A stretch of 64,000 nucleotides of DNA from Haliotis cracherodii (taxonomy: Eukaryota), in the NCBI RefSeq assembly GCF_022045235.1, contig NW_027266308.1, positions 39,122,001 through 39,186,000 of the forward strand, read 5' to 3'. The position numbers and the translations under genes were made by a program. Shown one piece after another: positions 1-11,700 of the stretch. The notes beneath the pieces were generated by a model. The model ran no database searches. It saw only the letters and a program-made list of their open reading frames with translations, and had not been told where the DNA came from. How positions within the stretch are numbered: position 1 is the first letter of the stretch; each line of letters opens with the position of its first letter.

Positions 1-276
1 TTGAAAAAATAAAGTTGAAACCCATACGTCAACTGATTGTATGAGTGAACGTTTTGTTTGCTTGAATATTGTGTCAACGTTATAACTGAATAAATGAAAG
101 AACATACACTTTGTTTGTCTGAATCAGTGTTTTTAATAAGCATTAACTTTTATCCATCACAACAGTCACAGCACATAAGAACTGATCATATTCCTCTTTG
201 AGTTTTCCTTTTCGCGTCGCTGTTTTTGTCTCGTATGTGTAATTATATATGACGCATGATCTGGTCATGAATACGC
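1..276 (+). repeat. 3' UTR/downstream flank of a further M4 protease gene copy lying upstream of the window
   Basis: Nearly identical to 6946-7215 and 20545-20710, which directly follow the stop codons of copies 1 and 2 (TTGAAA..CCATACGTCAACTGATTGTATGAGTGAACG...); AATAAA at 8-13. Confidence 0.8.
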
Positions 277-344
277 ATTAAAACAAGGACTGGCCGGCTC
301 GGAGTTGGATATTCATGTTAAACTGCGGCAAGGTATCTCAGTGT

Positions 345-506
345 NNNNNNNNNNNNNNNNNNNNNNNNNNNNNNNNNNNNNNNNNNNNNNNNNNNNNNNN
401 NNNNNNNNNNNNNNNNNNNNNNNNNNNNNNNNNNNNNNNNNNNNNNNNNNNNNNNNNNNNNNNNNNNNNNNNNNNNNNNNNNNNNNNNNNNNNNNNNNNN
501 NNNNNN
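345..506. other. Assembly gap (N run)
   Basis: 162 N bases. Confidence 1.
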
Positions 507-715
507 GACCATTTAATTCCTCCCTTTAGGACCCGGGTACCATGGTAGGGTCGGGTCTGCAAGTCTCAACAGTAGGGAACAAAATGTCTGATTGGTAATT
601 GTTTTACTGCAGCCCTGGCTAAAACTAATTAGATCATGCGTTCTAGAGTTGACTGAAGATTTATCTTTACTCAAACATATACAAGTCATAAGGATTGTGG
701 TTCCTACTCAGTCAT

Positions 716-2337
716 AGTGTATGACTCTATGCCTGGACACACAGATGAAACACGTGTATGAGTCTATGCCTGGACACACAGATGTAACACGTGTATGACT
801 CTATGCCTGGACACACGGATGTAACACGTGTATGACTCTATGCCTGGACACACGGATGTAACACGTGTATGAGTTTATGCCTGGACACACAGATGTAACA
901 CGTGTATGAGTCTATTCCTGGACACACAGATGTAACACGTGTATGAGTCTATGCCTGGACACACAGATGTAACACGTGTATGACTCTATGCCTGGACACA
1001 CAGATGTAACACGTGTATGACTCTATACCTGGACACACCTATGTACCACGTGTATTTGTCTATTCCTGGACACACAGATGTAACACGTGTATGCCTCTAT
1101 GCCTGGACACACATATGTAACACGTGTATGAGTCTATTTTTGGACACGCAGATGTAACACGTGCATGACTCTATGCCTGGACACACATATGAAACACGTG
1201 CATGACTCTATGTCTGGTCCCACAGATTAAAAACGTATATGAGTCTATGCCTGGACACACAGATGAAACACGGGTATGAGTATATGCCTGGACACACAGA
1301 TGAAACACGTGTATGACGCTATGCCTTGTCACACAGATGAAACATGTGCATGACTTTATGACTGGTCACACAGATGAAACACGTGTATGAGTCTATGCCT
1401 GGACACAGAGATGAAACACGTGTATGACTCTATGCCTGGTCCCACAGATTAAAAACGTGTATGAGTCTATGCCTGGACACACAGATGAAACACGTGTATG
1501 AGTCTATGCCTGGACACACATATGAAACACGTGTATGACGCTATTCCTGGTCACACAGATGAAACACGTGCACGACTCTATTCCTGGTCACACAGATGAA
1601 ACACGTGTATTAATCTATGCCTGGACACACAGATGAAACACGTGTATGACTCTATGCCTGGACGCACAGATGTAACACGTGCATGACGCTATACCTGGTC
1701 CCACAGATGTAACACGTGCATGACTCTTTACCTGGACACACACATAAACACGTGCATGACTCTATGCCTGGACACACAGATGTAACACAAGCATGACTCT
1801 ATGCCTGGACACACAAATAAACACGTGCATGACGCTATACCTGGTCCCACAGATGTAACACGTGTATGACTCTTTACCTTGACACACATATAAACACGTG
1901 CATGACTCTATGCCTGGACACACAGATGTAACACGTGTATGACTCTATGCCTGGACACACAGATGTAACACGTGCATGCCGCTATACCTGGTCCCACAGA
2001 TGCAACACGTGCATGACTCTTTACCTTGACACACACATAAACACCTGTATGAGTCTATGCCTGGACACACAGATGTAACACGTGCATGACTCTATGCCTG
2101 GACACACAGATGTAACACGTGCATGACTCTATGCCTGGACACACAGATGTAACACGTGCATGACTCTATGCCTGGACATACAGATGTAACACGTATATGA
2201 TTCTATGGCTAGTCACACATATATGACACCTGTATGACTAAGCCTTGACACACAGATGTAACACGTGTTTGGCTCTATGCCTAGACACACAGATGTACCA
2301 AATGCATGACTAAGCCTGGACACACAGATGTAACACA
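716..2337. repeat. 37-bp tandem satellite array 1
   Basis: Consensus TGACTCTATGCCTGGACACACAGATGTAACACGTGTA, period 37 (e.g. ATGA at 721 and 758). Confidence 0.97.
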
Positions 2338-2764
2338 GAGTTAGCTCTCTTTTCCAAACCCCAATTATGCGTTTCTCCACGTGTTTTATGTATTTCCTTG
2401 TAACTAGGTTGTTTAGTGACTTTTTAAATATGATTTTATTTGTTTCCCTTATATGATTGCCATTGGCACAACTGATATTTGATCGTCGGTTCACTGATTC
2501 AATATTTACCGATATTTTGCCTTTACGCCAAATCAAATCTGTTTCGGCAGATACTCGAGACTGATCATTGTCTGACTTTGACGTTTAATATTAAACTATC
2601 TAAATAGGCAGTAATTCGTAACTGACGTCTTAAGCCATAAGGATTAAGCAGCAAGATATATGCGAGCCGTGAGATGTTGAGAACAGTTTACTATACCTGA
2701 ATTTACAATCACTTGGGACGTATTCATTACGGTTTTTTTATTGTACAGTTTTCATGATAATGAT

Positions 2765-2945
2765 TAAAAGATGGTACTTCTGACCCTGCCTGGCGCTTGG
2801 CATTTGGGGGATAAATCAAAGACTGGTCGGCTCATATATACTGTGTCCGAGTAGGACATCCATGTCAAACAGCGGCAAGGTATCCCAGTGGACTAGCACT
2901 ATAAAATAGACACTAGACCGGACTAGTTCAAGCAAGCACAAACAG
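2765..2945 (+). mobile_element. 5'-truncated SINE (family C); duplicated at ~16826-17005
   Basis: Matches the body of the full-length elements at 52457 and 54949 (AAAGATGGTACTT...CCCTG.CTGGCGCT...CTAGCACTATAAA). Confidence 0.75.
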
Positions 2946-3011
2946 AGAGATGCCAAGATAAATGTAAAAAAAAACACCCCTACCCCCACCCGACCCCCAC
3001 CCCCAACCCAA

Positions 3012-3262
3012 ATGCCAGAGCCAACAGCGCCTCAAGAACCTTCCACTAGCGAAGCTACCTCAGACACAACACAAGACCGGAATACAGCTACTCCAGCAAC
3101 AGCAGCACCCACAACAGTTGACCCAACAGCCTGTGTCAATCCTGCCAGAGGTGAAGGGGGCAACGAGAAGGTCGGCAAATACATGCACGGCGTTCCACCG
3201 CTCTGCCTCAACACCACCGTCAGTGGCTCCACCTGCATGTTTGAGAACAACTACGTTCGACA
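3012..3262 (+). pseudogene. Orphan fragment of M4 protease gene (linker plus N-terminus of mature domain)
   Basis: Translates MPEPTAPQEP...ARGEGGNEKVGKYMHGVPPLCLNTTVSGSTCMFENNYV then stops; diverged copy of ~5409-5675. Confidence 0.85.
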
Positions 3263-3589
3263 CTAGAACCGGGATGATAAATGATAATTGAATAAAGTGT
3301 AACTGGTTTCCTTCTTGATGAAATGTTCTACACCGACCGGCACATAACCACAATATAATTAAAATAGTGATAGTATCAGACCACACAATACCAACACGTG
3401 GGGCATACCTCGGGGCCACTGATGAGAAAACCTCACCCTCATCCCTCTTAAATACAGTATCGTTTACCCTAATGTCTTCTGTAATGCAATATGTGGCTTC
3501 ACAAATTAAACCATAGCTTGGAGACATATATATTTATTAATATTAATAATTACTTTAGAGAGCAGGTGCCTCTTGTTGTATCGCCATGC

Positions 3590-3659
3590 TATATAAACCT
3601 CGGACACTGGTCAGTTGTCATCCTCCTCTTGGAATCGGATCCTTGACCCCACATCACAG
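3590..3659 (+). promoter_or_regulatory. TATA box (3590-3597) and non-coding first exon of M4 copy 1
   Basis: TATATAAA followed by Inr-like TCAGTT/TCATCC and donor CAG|GTAAAT at 3659/3660; the block is conserved in all three copies. Confidence 0.65.
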
Positions 3660-4103
3660 GTAAATGATTCTTGGTCAAGTTTAATTTATACGTCAATGAC
3701 ATCTGCTAAGTCTGTTTAATCTTACATACTGATGCTGCTAAAGAAGGCATTTCGCGTCCCTATGAATCGTCAGTGTGAAGTGTGAACCACTAAAACAGCA
3801 GCCGAAAGTTGCAAATGTAGGGTAAAGAAATTTAACGGACATTGGTTATATTAATACCAATTTATTCTTAAACTGGAGTTAATATATGAGCAACAGAAGA
3901 TTGAGTGTGTTAGTGATTGAATCATAGGTTTTTCGCACTCCTAAGGGACGCAACTGCGCATAGTGTTCATATTGTTCTTTCTCCATGTCCCAAATCTCTC
4001 AAATTTCCAGAATATCAACGTTCTACTTTTGAAACAAATACCGTAATTGTTCCCATTAAACACTTGCTTTGATGTTTGTTACAGAACAGTAGTACACGAC
4101 AGG

Positions 4104-6782
4104 ATGAATTTCTGCCTAATACAGCTCGGTAAGTTATCGCTCTTCTTGAAAACTAATTCTCAACTGTAATCGGGGGCTGGTATAGAATTGTTTTTGACAT
4201 GACGACGTCAAGGACACTGGAACACGACAAACGTGTACACGGATCGCGATAAGTGCATATAAAGCACTGAGTGGGTTGCAATTTCAAATGTTGCAAAGAC
4301 AAATTTATATTGTATGAAATAAGAAACGAACGATAGAATTGTGGTGCAAACGCTGTTGTGATCGCATTTCATTCCTGCTGATTTCTTCACATACAGAGAG
4401 GAGTATTTGATTGTAAAAGGACTAACAATTTAAACAATATGTCCTGAGGTAGCTGTGGTTTCATAATGAATACGTTTATCGTCACTAAGCCAAAGAAGGG
4501 AATTATTAAGATAACCTGCAATACACGGAGGTACTCTGTCTATTTCTCCTCGCTGATGGAACTGTCTTATGTTGGTATATACAGTAAACTACGTTTATAA
4601 GGAACACGCTTATAACGAACTGACGGATATAACGAACTTCCTTTTTTGTCCCGACTATATGCTGTAGTTATGCTGCAATATGCTTATAACGAACTACGGT
4701 TATAACGAACTAAAATGAGTGGTCCTGTTGAGTTCGTTACAACCGTAGTTTACTGTACATAGATATGTTTCTTTCATCTTTTATTCAGGTCTGCTGGCCT
4801 TGACCGTGTACAACATCGAGGCGGCACGTCGAGTTAACGTTGCAAGCGTCGCCCGACGTCTGAAATCTCGGACCGGCTACCACGGCACTCGTGCAGAGCT
4901 GTGTTCAGAGTTGGGTCTACATGGGAAGAACGCCATCGTACCCGGGACGTCTCTGAAAACAGCGCGAGGGAGGGTCAAGGAGCGTCTCCGACAGACCTAC
5001 GGGGGATTGGAAGTAGTGGGAGGGAACGTAGCCGCCGAAGTCAACCCCAGCCTCGGCTACACTGGCATTGTCAGCGGTGAAATCTACACATCGCTGGAGG
5101 AAGATATCCCCAACCCCGAAGACTGTGAGCAGTCACATGGCGCCGTCACGGGGGTAGCGCTAACGAAGGAGGGGGTCAAAGAGTCTCAAGTCAGTAATCT
5201 CAAGGTCGAGAAAAACGTCTACGTCAAGAAGAATGGCGTTGCTCGTCTGACCTATGAAATCAACTTCTTCTACATGAACGGTCACAAGCCAAGCCGTCCC
5301 TGTTACTTCATCGACGCCTGCGATCTAAGTGTAGTCCTTACGTTCAACAACATCCAGAACAAAGCTGTAGAGAGACGCCAAGACGAATGTCAAGAAAACA
5401 CCACCCCGATGCCAGAGCCAACAACGACTCCAGAAGAACCTACCACAATTGAAGCTACCACCGAGGACCAATGTGACGCAGACACAACACAAGGCCGGAA
5501 CACAGCTACTCCAGCAACAGCAGCACCCACAACTGCTGACCCAACAGCCTGTGTCAACCCTGCCAGAGGTGAAGGGGGCAACGAGAAAGTCGGCAAATAT
5601 GTGTACGGCGTTCCACCTCTCTGCCTCAACACCACCGTCAGTGGCTCCACCTGCACGCTGGAGAACGACTACGTCAAAGTGGTGGACTTGAAACAAGGTA
5701 CAAATAGGAACAACCGCGCCGCCTCCACCTACACTTGCGCCGATGGCTACGACGACGCTATCAACGGTGCCTACTCGCCTGTCCTGGATGCCATGAACTT
5801 TGGCACCAAGTCTGCCCGTATGTTTATCGAATGGTACAAGACAACTCCCCTCAACTTCAAGCCGGTTCTCTTCGTCCACTACAGCACAAACTACGAGAAC
5901 GCCTTCTGGGACGGCAGCAGCCTCACATTCGGCGATGGTCGAAACACTTTCTACCCACTGGTCAACCAGGATGTTGTATCTCACGAACTTGCCCACGGAG
6001 TCACAAACCAAAACTCCAACCTCATCTACGACGATCAATCTGGCGGCATCAACGAAGCCTTCTCAGACATAACAGGGGAGACAACAGAGATGTTTGCTCG
6101 TGGTTCTAACGACTGGCTTGTTGGATCTGAAATCTTTAAGAGCACCAGTGGAGCCCTGCGTTACTTTGAAAACCCTACAAGAGACGGCCGCTCCCTCAAA
6201 CACACCAGGGACTACAACGACAACGTCGATGTGCACTACAGCAGCGGCATCTTCAACCATGCCTTCTACCAGATCGTGAATGAAAACAACATGCCTATTA
6301 GACAGGCATTCGAGTGTTTCCTCCGCGCTAACATCATCTACTGGGGCCGTTCGACCACCTTTGAGGAAGGCGCCTGTGACGTCATGCGTGCTTGCTACGA
6401 CCTCGGCTACGATTATCTGATCGTGAAACGATCCTTCGAGGTGGTAGGAGTCACTTTCAGTGAGTGTGAGGAGCCGAGCTTCATGGAGACTGTGCCTGAG
6501 AACGAGATCCTAGCGGATCTCACTGTCTCCTCCTCCCATCGTCCCGTGTTTCTGCTGGAGCCTCCATCGGGGTCAACCCGCGTCATCGTAACGTCATCTG
6601 GACAGGGTCACTCCATCAACTTGGCCGTGTACCAAAACCTTGAATCTTCCACGCCGGTATCCATGGCAACAGGCGAGCTGACACACCAGCTTCCATCTGG
6701 ATCACCGTCGCTGTACCTGCGTGTATCTGCTGACGTTGTCAACGCCATCACTGATGTCACCGTTCGCGTCTCGTATGAATGA
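4104..6782 (+). CDS. Secreted M4 (thermolysin-family) zinc metalloprotease, pseudolysin/vibriolysin-like, copy 1; join(4104..4128,4789..6782), 672 aa
   Basis: Phase-1 GT-AG intron joins MNFCLIQL-G-LLALTVYNIEA (signal peptide); propeptide with RLRQTYGGLEVVGG (FTP-like) and KPSRPCYFIDA (PepSY-like); GGNEKVGKY, NGAYSP, NAFWDG, FGDG, HELAH (5982-5996), GGINEAFSD, ALRY, DVHYSSG; degenerate PPC-like C-terminus. Confidence 0.95.
4582..4755. mobile_element. Tc1/mariner(pogo)-type MITE in M4 copy 1 intron
   Basis: TA|CAGTAAACTACG...CGTAGTTTACTG|TA terminal inverted repeats with TA duplication; internal TATAACGAAC subrepeats. Confidence 0.9.
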
Positions 6783-7307
6783 TATCTTGAAGTGGCATTT
6801 TAGAGGATGTGGTGTTAATGAAAACAGCGATAACTTATGGATTTCCACTTCTTTGTTCATTAAAAGCGACATTTCGATGAAGGTGCTTATAGGTCTATCA
6901 CACGTGCTTGACACGTGTACTAGCACCTGTACCGAGACGTCGCATTGAAAAAATGAAGTTGAAGCCCATACGTCAAATGATTGTATGAGTGAACGTTTTT
7001 TTGCTGGAATATTGTGTCAACGTTATAACTGAATAAATGATAGATCATAGTTTGTTTGTCTGTATCAGTGCTTCAATAAGATTCAACTTATTTCCAACAC
7101 AACAGTCACAACACATAAGAACTGATCATATTCTTCCTTGAGCTTTCCTTTTCGCGGGGGTGTTTTTGTCTCGTATGTGTAATTAAATATGACGCATGAT
7201 CTGGTCATAAATTGGAATTAAAACTGGTCGGCTCGGAGTGGGGTATTCATGTTAAACTGCGGCGAGGTGCTCAGTGTGCTAGCACTATAAATCGGCATCA
7301 ATCCAGA

Positions 7308-7308
7308 C

Positions 7309-7376
<68 letters not shown>
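7308..7376. repeat. (TCTG)n(TC)n microsatellite
   Basis: Direct reading. Confidence 0.95.
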
Positions 7377-7379
<3 letters not shown>

Positions 7380-7440
7380 ATGTGTAATATGTTAAGGTGA
7401 GTCCAGATTCACTCTGGACTTTCTGGATAGGCATGAATGA

Positions 7441-7555
7441 ACGTCAATGTAAGGCGACATGACAGATTTGGGTGTGGGTCTGTAATGATATGCGGCGGTA
7501 TCATTACTATTGACAGTACGCCACTGCATATTGTCATGGACCGGTCACTGGTGAC
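7441..7555 (+). mobile_element. Tc1-like transposase fragment
   Basis: Translates NVRRHDRFGCGSVMICGGI..TPLHIV, resembling the Tc1 GGGSVMVWG motif. Confidence 0.6.
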
Positions 7556-7689
7556 ACGTGAAACAGATCAGTCGCGGGTATAACCACCACGTGCCCGGAT
7601 GACGCATTCCACCCTACGTCTCATGCCTCCAGTCAGACGATGGATCTGTTGATGGGTCAACAACAACCACAACCATGCTGTTTCCAATT

Positions 7690-8650
7690 GGCGTAAATCT
7701 TGTACAGGAGGATCTCGTGCCTGTATGCGCCGCCCCAGAATATCCTACACATTGCTGGCCAGAGTAGAGTCGTTATTGGCCCTCATGTAATTCACGGCTG
7801 CATACGAACGATGAGGCCAGGCATTTTCATCCATGTCCTGAGGTCGAGTAGCAAAAGGGTGGTTGCCAAAATAAGGAACGACGACTGGCCTCAAAATGGT
7901 GACCAAATCCAACCTGCAATCATGAGGGATACACTCCCACACCATCACCGAGCCCCCTCCGTATGCAACAGTCGGTTTAATGTTCCTGGGGCTTTAGGCC
8001 GTGTTCCGGTGCCTCCAAAGCTTCGTTCTTCCTTCGGGGACGTGGAGAAGAAAGCGACTTTCGTCTGACCAATGGATCCGTCTCGAAGTTCTCAGATTCC
8101 AGTTCTGTCGCGCAATACACCATGCTAAACGAGCAGTTTTGTGAAGATCTCTCAACGAGGGACGCTTTATGACTCGTCTAGGCATCAGTCCTGTTGCTTT
8201 AAGCCGGTTCCTGGTGGTTCTGGTGCTGAAACGACGATTGGGCAACCACAGCTGTTTCCGACGAGTACTTGTTAAAAAGGGTTCTCGGCGATGTGTCGTC
8301 ACAGGCGGCCTTCTGGATCTGGGACGGCCCTGTACATCAGCAGTCTGAGCATCTTGTGGCGTTTGATAATCGCCTTCGTGCCATGGACACACTGTCATGT
8401 GATAACTGTTCAAAACGGAGCTCAAGAAAGCAATTTTAACGTTCGGAAATACAGCTCTTAGAGATATTCGAGAGTAGCATGCTGCACGGGCATACCATGC
8501 ATGGCACGTGAGCTTTAGTCATGCATGACTGATTACATCATCTCGAGAAAACATAATTCTTTCCGTAATTATACCTTTTTATTACAAATATTGGGACCAA
8601 ACAATCATGAAATATATTAGGGTGTGCTTAACCTTTTTCTTTGTGTATAG
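7690..8650 (-). mobile_element. Degenerate Tc1-family transposon (transposase pseudogene)
   Basis: Minus-strand frames contain RIHWSDESRF (first catalytic Asp motif), SVMVW..I, MDENAWPHR (DNA.PH-like) and DILGRRI, with frameshifts and stops. Confidence 0.85.
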
Positions 8651-8769
8651 ATTCGGCGTTTACGACCCATGCTAATCTACGTTGTGTTTTTCAAGACGAT
8701 AACGCTCTTGCCCATCGAGCATTTATGGTAAAAGACTATCTTCAGCAGCACTACAGTACATAATACATG

Positions 8770-11700
8770 TTACTCTGACCACACAGATGTAACACGTTCA
8801 TGACTCTATTCATGAAAACACAGATGTAACATGTGTATGACTCTTTGACTGGACACACTGATGTAACACGTGTATGACTCTTTGACTGGACACAGAGATG
8901 TAACACGTGTATGACTCTTTCCCTAAACACACAGATGTAACACGTGTATGACTCTTTGACTGGACACAGAGATGTAACACGTGTATGACTCTTTCCCTGA
9001 ACACACAGATGTAACACGTGCATGATTCTATGCCTTGACACACACACATGAAACACGTGTATGACTGTATGCCTGGACACACACATGAAACACGTGCATG
9101 ACTCTTATGCCTGGACACAGGGGTGTAACACGTTCATGACTCTATTCATTAACACACAGATGAAACACGTGTATGAGTCTATGCCTGGACACACAGATGT
9201 ACCCGGTGCATGACTCTATGCCTGGACACACAGATGTAACACGTGTATAGCTCTATCTAACACGTGTATGACTAAGCCTCGACACACAGATGTAACACGT
9301 GCATGACTTTATACCTGGACACAACGATCTAACACGTGTATGACTCTATGCCTGGACACACACATAAACAAGTGCATGCCTCTATGCCTGGACACACAGA
9401 TGTAACACGTTCATGACTCTATTCATGAACACACATATATAACACATGTATGACTCTATGCCTGGACACACAGATGTACCACGTGTCTGACCCTATGCCT
9501 GGACACACAGATGTAACACGTGTATGGCTCTATCTACCACGTGTATGACTTAGCCTCGACACACAGATGTAACACGTGCATGACTCTATTCATGAACACA
9601 CAGATGTAACACGTGCATGACTCTATGCCTGGACACACAGGTGTAACACGTTCATGACTCTATTCATGAACCCACAGATGTAACTCGTGTATGACTCTTT
9701 GCCTGAACACACAGATGTAACAACTGTATGACTCCCTCCCTCGACACACAGATGTAACACGTGCATGACTCTACGCCTTGACACACAGGTGTACCACGTG
9801 CATGACTCTATGCCTGGACACACAGATGTACCACGTGTCTGACCCTATGCCTGGACACACAGATGTAACACGTGTATGGCTCTATCTACCACGTGTATGA
9901 CTTAGCCTCGACACACAGATGTAACACGTGCATGACTCTATTCATGAACACACAGATGTAACACGTGCATGACTCTATGCCTGGACACACAGGTGTAACA
10001 CGTTCATGACTCTATTCATGAACCCACAGATGTAACTCGTGTATGACTCTTTGCCTGAACACACAGATGTAACAACTGTATGACTCCCTCCCTCGACACA
10101 CAGATGTAACACGTGCATGACTCTACGCCTTGACACACAGGTGTACCACGTGCATGACTCTATGCCTGGACACACAGAAGTAACACGTGTATGACTTTAT
10201 TCCGAGACACACAGATGTAACACGTGTGTGATTCTATGCCTGGACACACAAATGTACCACGTTTATGACTAAGCCTGGCCCCACAGATGTAACACATGTA
10301 TGGCTCTATGCCGAGACACACAGATTTACCACGTGTACGACTCTATGCCTGGACACACACATAAACAAGTGTATGATTATATGCCTTGACACACAGATGT
10401 AACACGTTCATGACTCTATGCCTGGACACACAGGTGTAACACGTTCATGACTCTATTCATGAACCCACAGATGTAACACGTGTATTACTCTTTGCCTGAA
10501 CACACAGATGTAACACGTGTATGACTCCCTCCCTCGACACACAGATGTAACACGTGCATGACTCTACGCCTTGACACACAGGTGTACCACGTGCATGACT
10601 CTATGCCTGGACACACAGACGTAACACGTGTATGACTTTATTCCGAGACACACAGATCTAACACGTGTGTGATTCTATGCCTGGACACACAGATGTACCA
10701 CGTTTATGACTAAGCCTGGCCCCACAGATGTAACACATGTATGGCTCTATGTCGAGACACACAGATTTACCACGTGTACGACTCTATGCCTGGACACACG
10801 CATAAACAAGTGTATGACTCTATGCCTGGACACACAGATGTAACACGTTCATGAGTCTGTTCATGAACACACAGACGTAACACGTGTATGGCTCTATGTA
10901 CCACGTGTATGACTAAGCCTGGACACACAGATGCAACCCCTGTTTGGCTCTATGCCGAGACACACAGATGTAACACGTGTATGGCTCTTTGCCGAGACAC
11001 ACAGATGGACCACGTCTATGATTCTATGCCGAGACACACAGATGTACCATGTGCATGACTTAGCCTGGATGCACAGATGTAACACATTTATGACTCTATG
11101 CCGAGACACACAGATGTACCACGTGTATGACTAAGCCTGGACACACAGATGTAACACATGTATGGCTCTTTGCCGAGACACACAGATGGACCACGTCTAT
11201 GATTCTATGCCGAGACACACAGATGTACCATGTGCATGACTTAGCCTGGATGCACAGATGTAACACATTTATGACTCTATGCCGAGACACAAAGATGTTA
11301 CACGTGTATGACTAAGCCTGGATCCACAGATGTAACACATGTATGGCTCTATGCCGAGACACACAGATGTACCACGTGTATGACTTAGCCTGGATGCACA
11401 GATGTAACACAAGTATGGCTCTATGCCAAGACACACAGATGTAACATGTGTATGACTAAGCCTGGACACACAGATGTAACACGTGTATGGCTCTATGCCG
11501 AGACACACAGATGGACCATGTCTATGACTCTATGCCGAGACACACAGATGTAACACATGTATGGCGCTGTGCCTGGACACACAGATGTAACACGTTTATG
11601 GCGCTGTGCCTGGACACACAGATGTAACACGTGCATGACTCTATGCCTGGACACACAGATGTAACACGTGTATAGCTCTATCTAACACGTGTATGACTAA

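Noticed and set aside
305-562. ORFs spanning X residues
   Set aside because: Artefacts of the N gap
5325-6279. 237-aa antisense and other overlapping ORFs within the M4 genes (also in copies 2 and 3)
   Set aside because: Shadow ORFs of a GC3-biased coding exon; shared only because the genes are near-identical
4789-6782. Higher GC of the M4 exons as evidence of recent transfer
   Set aside because: Host exons in this window (TRMT6, lectin receptor) are also GC-richer than introns, so composition is uninformative
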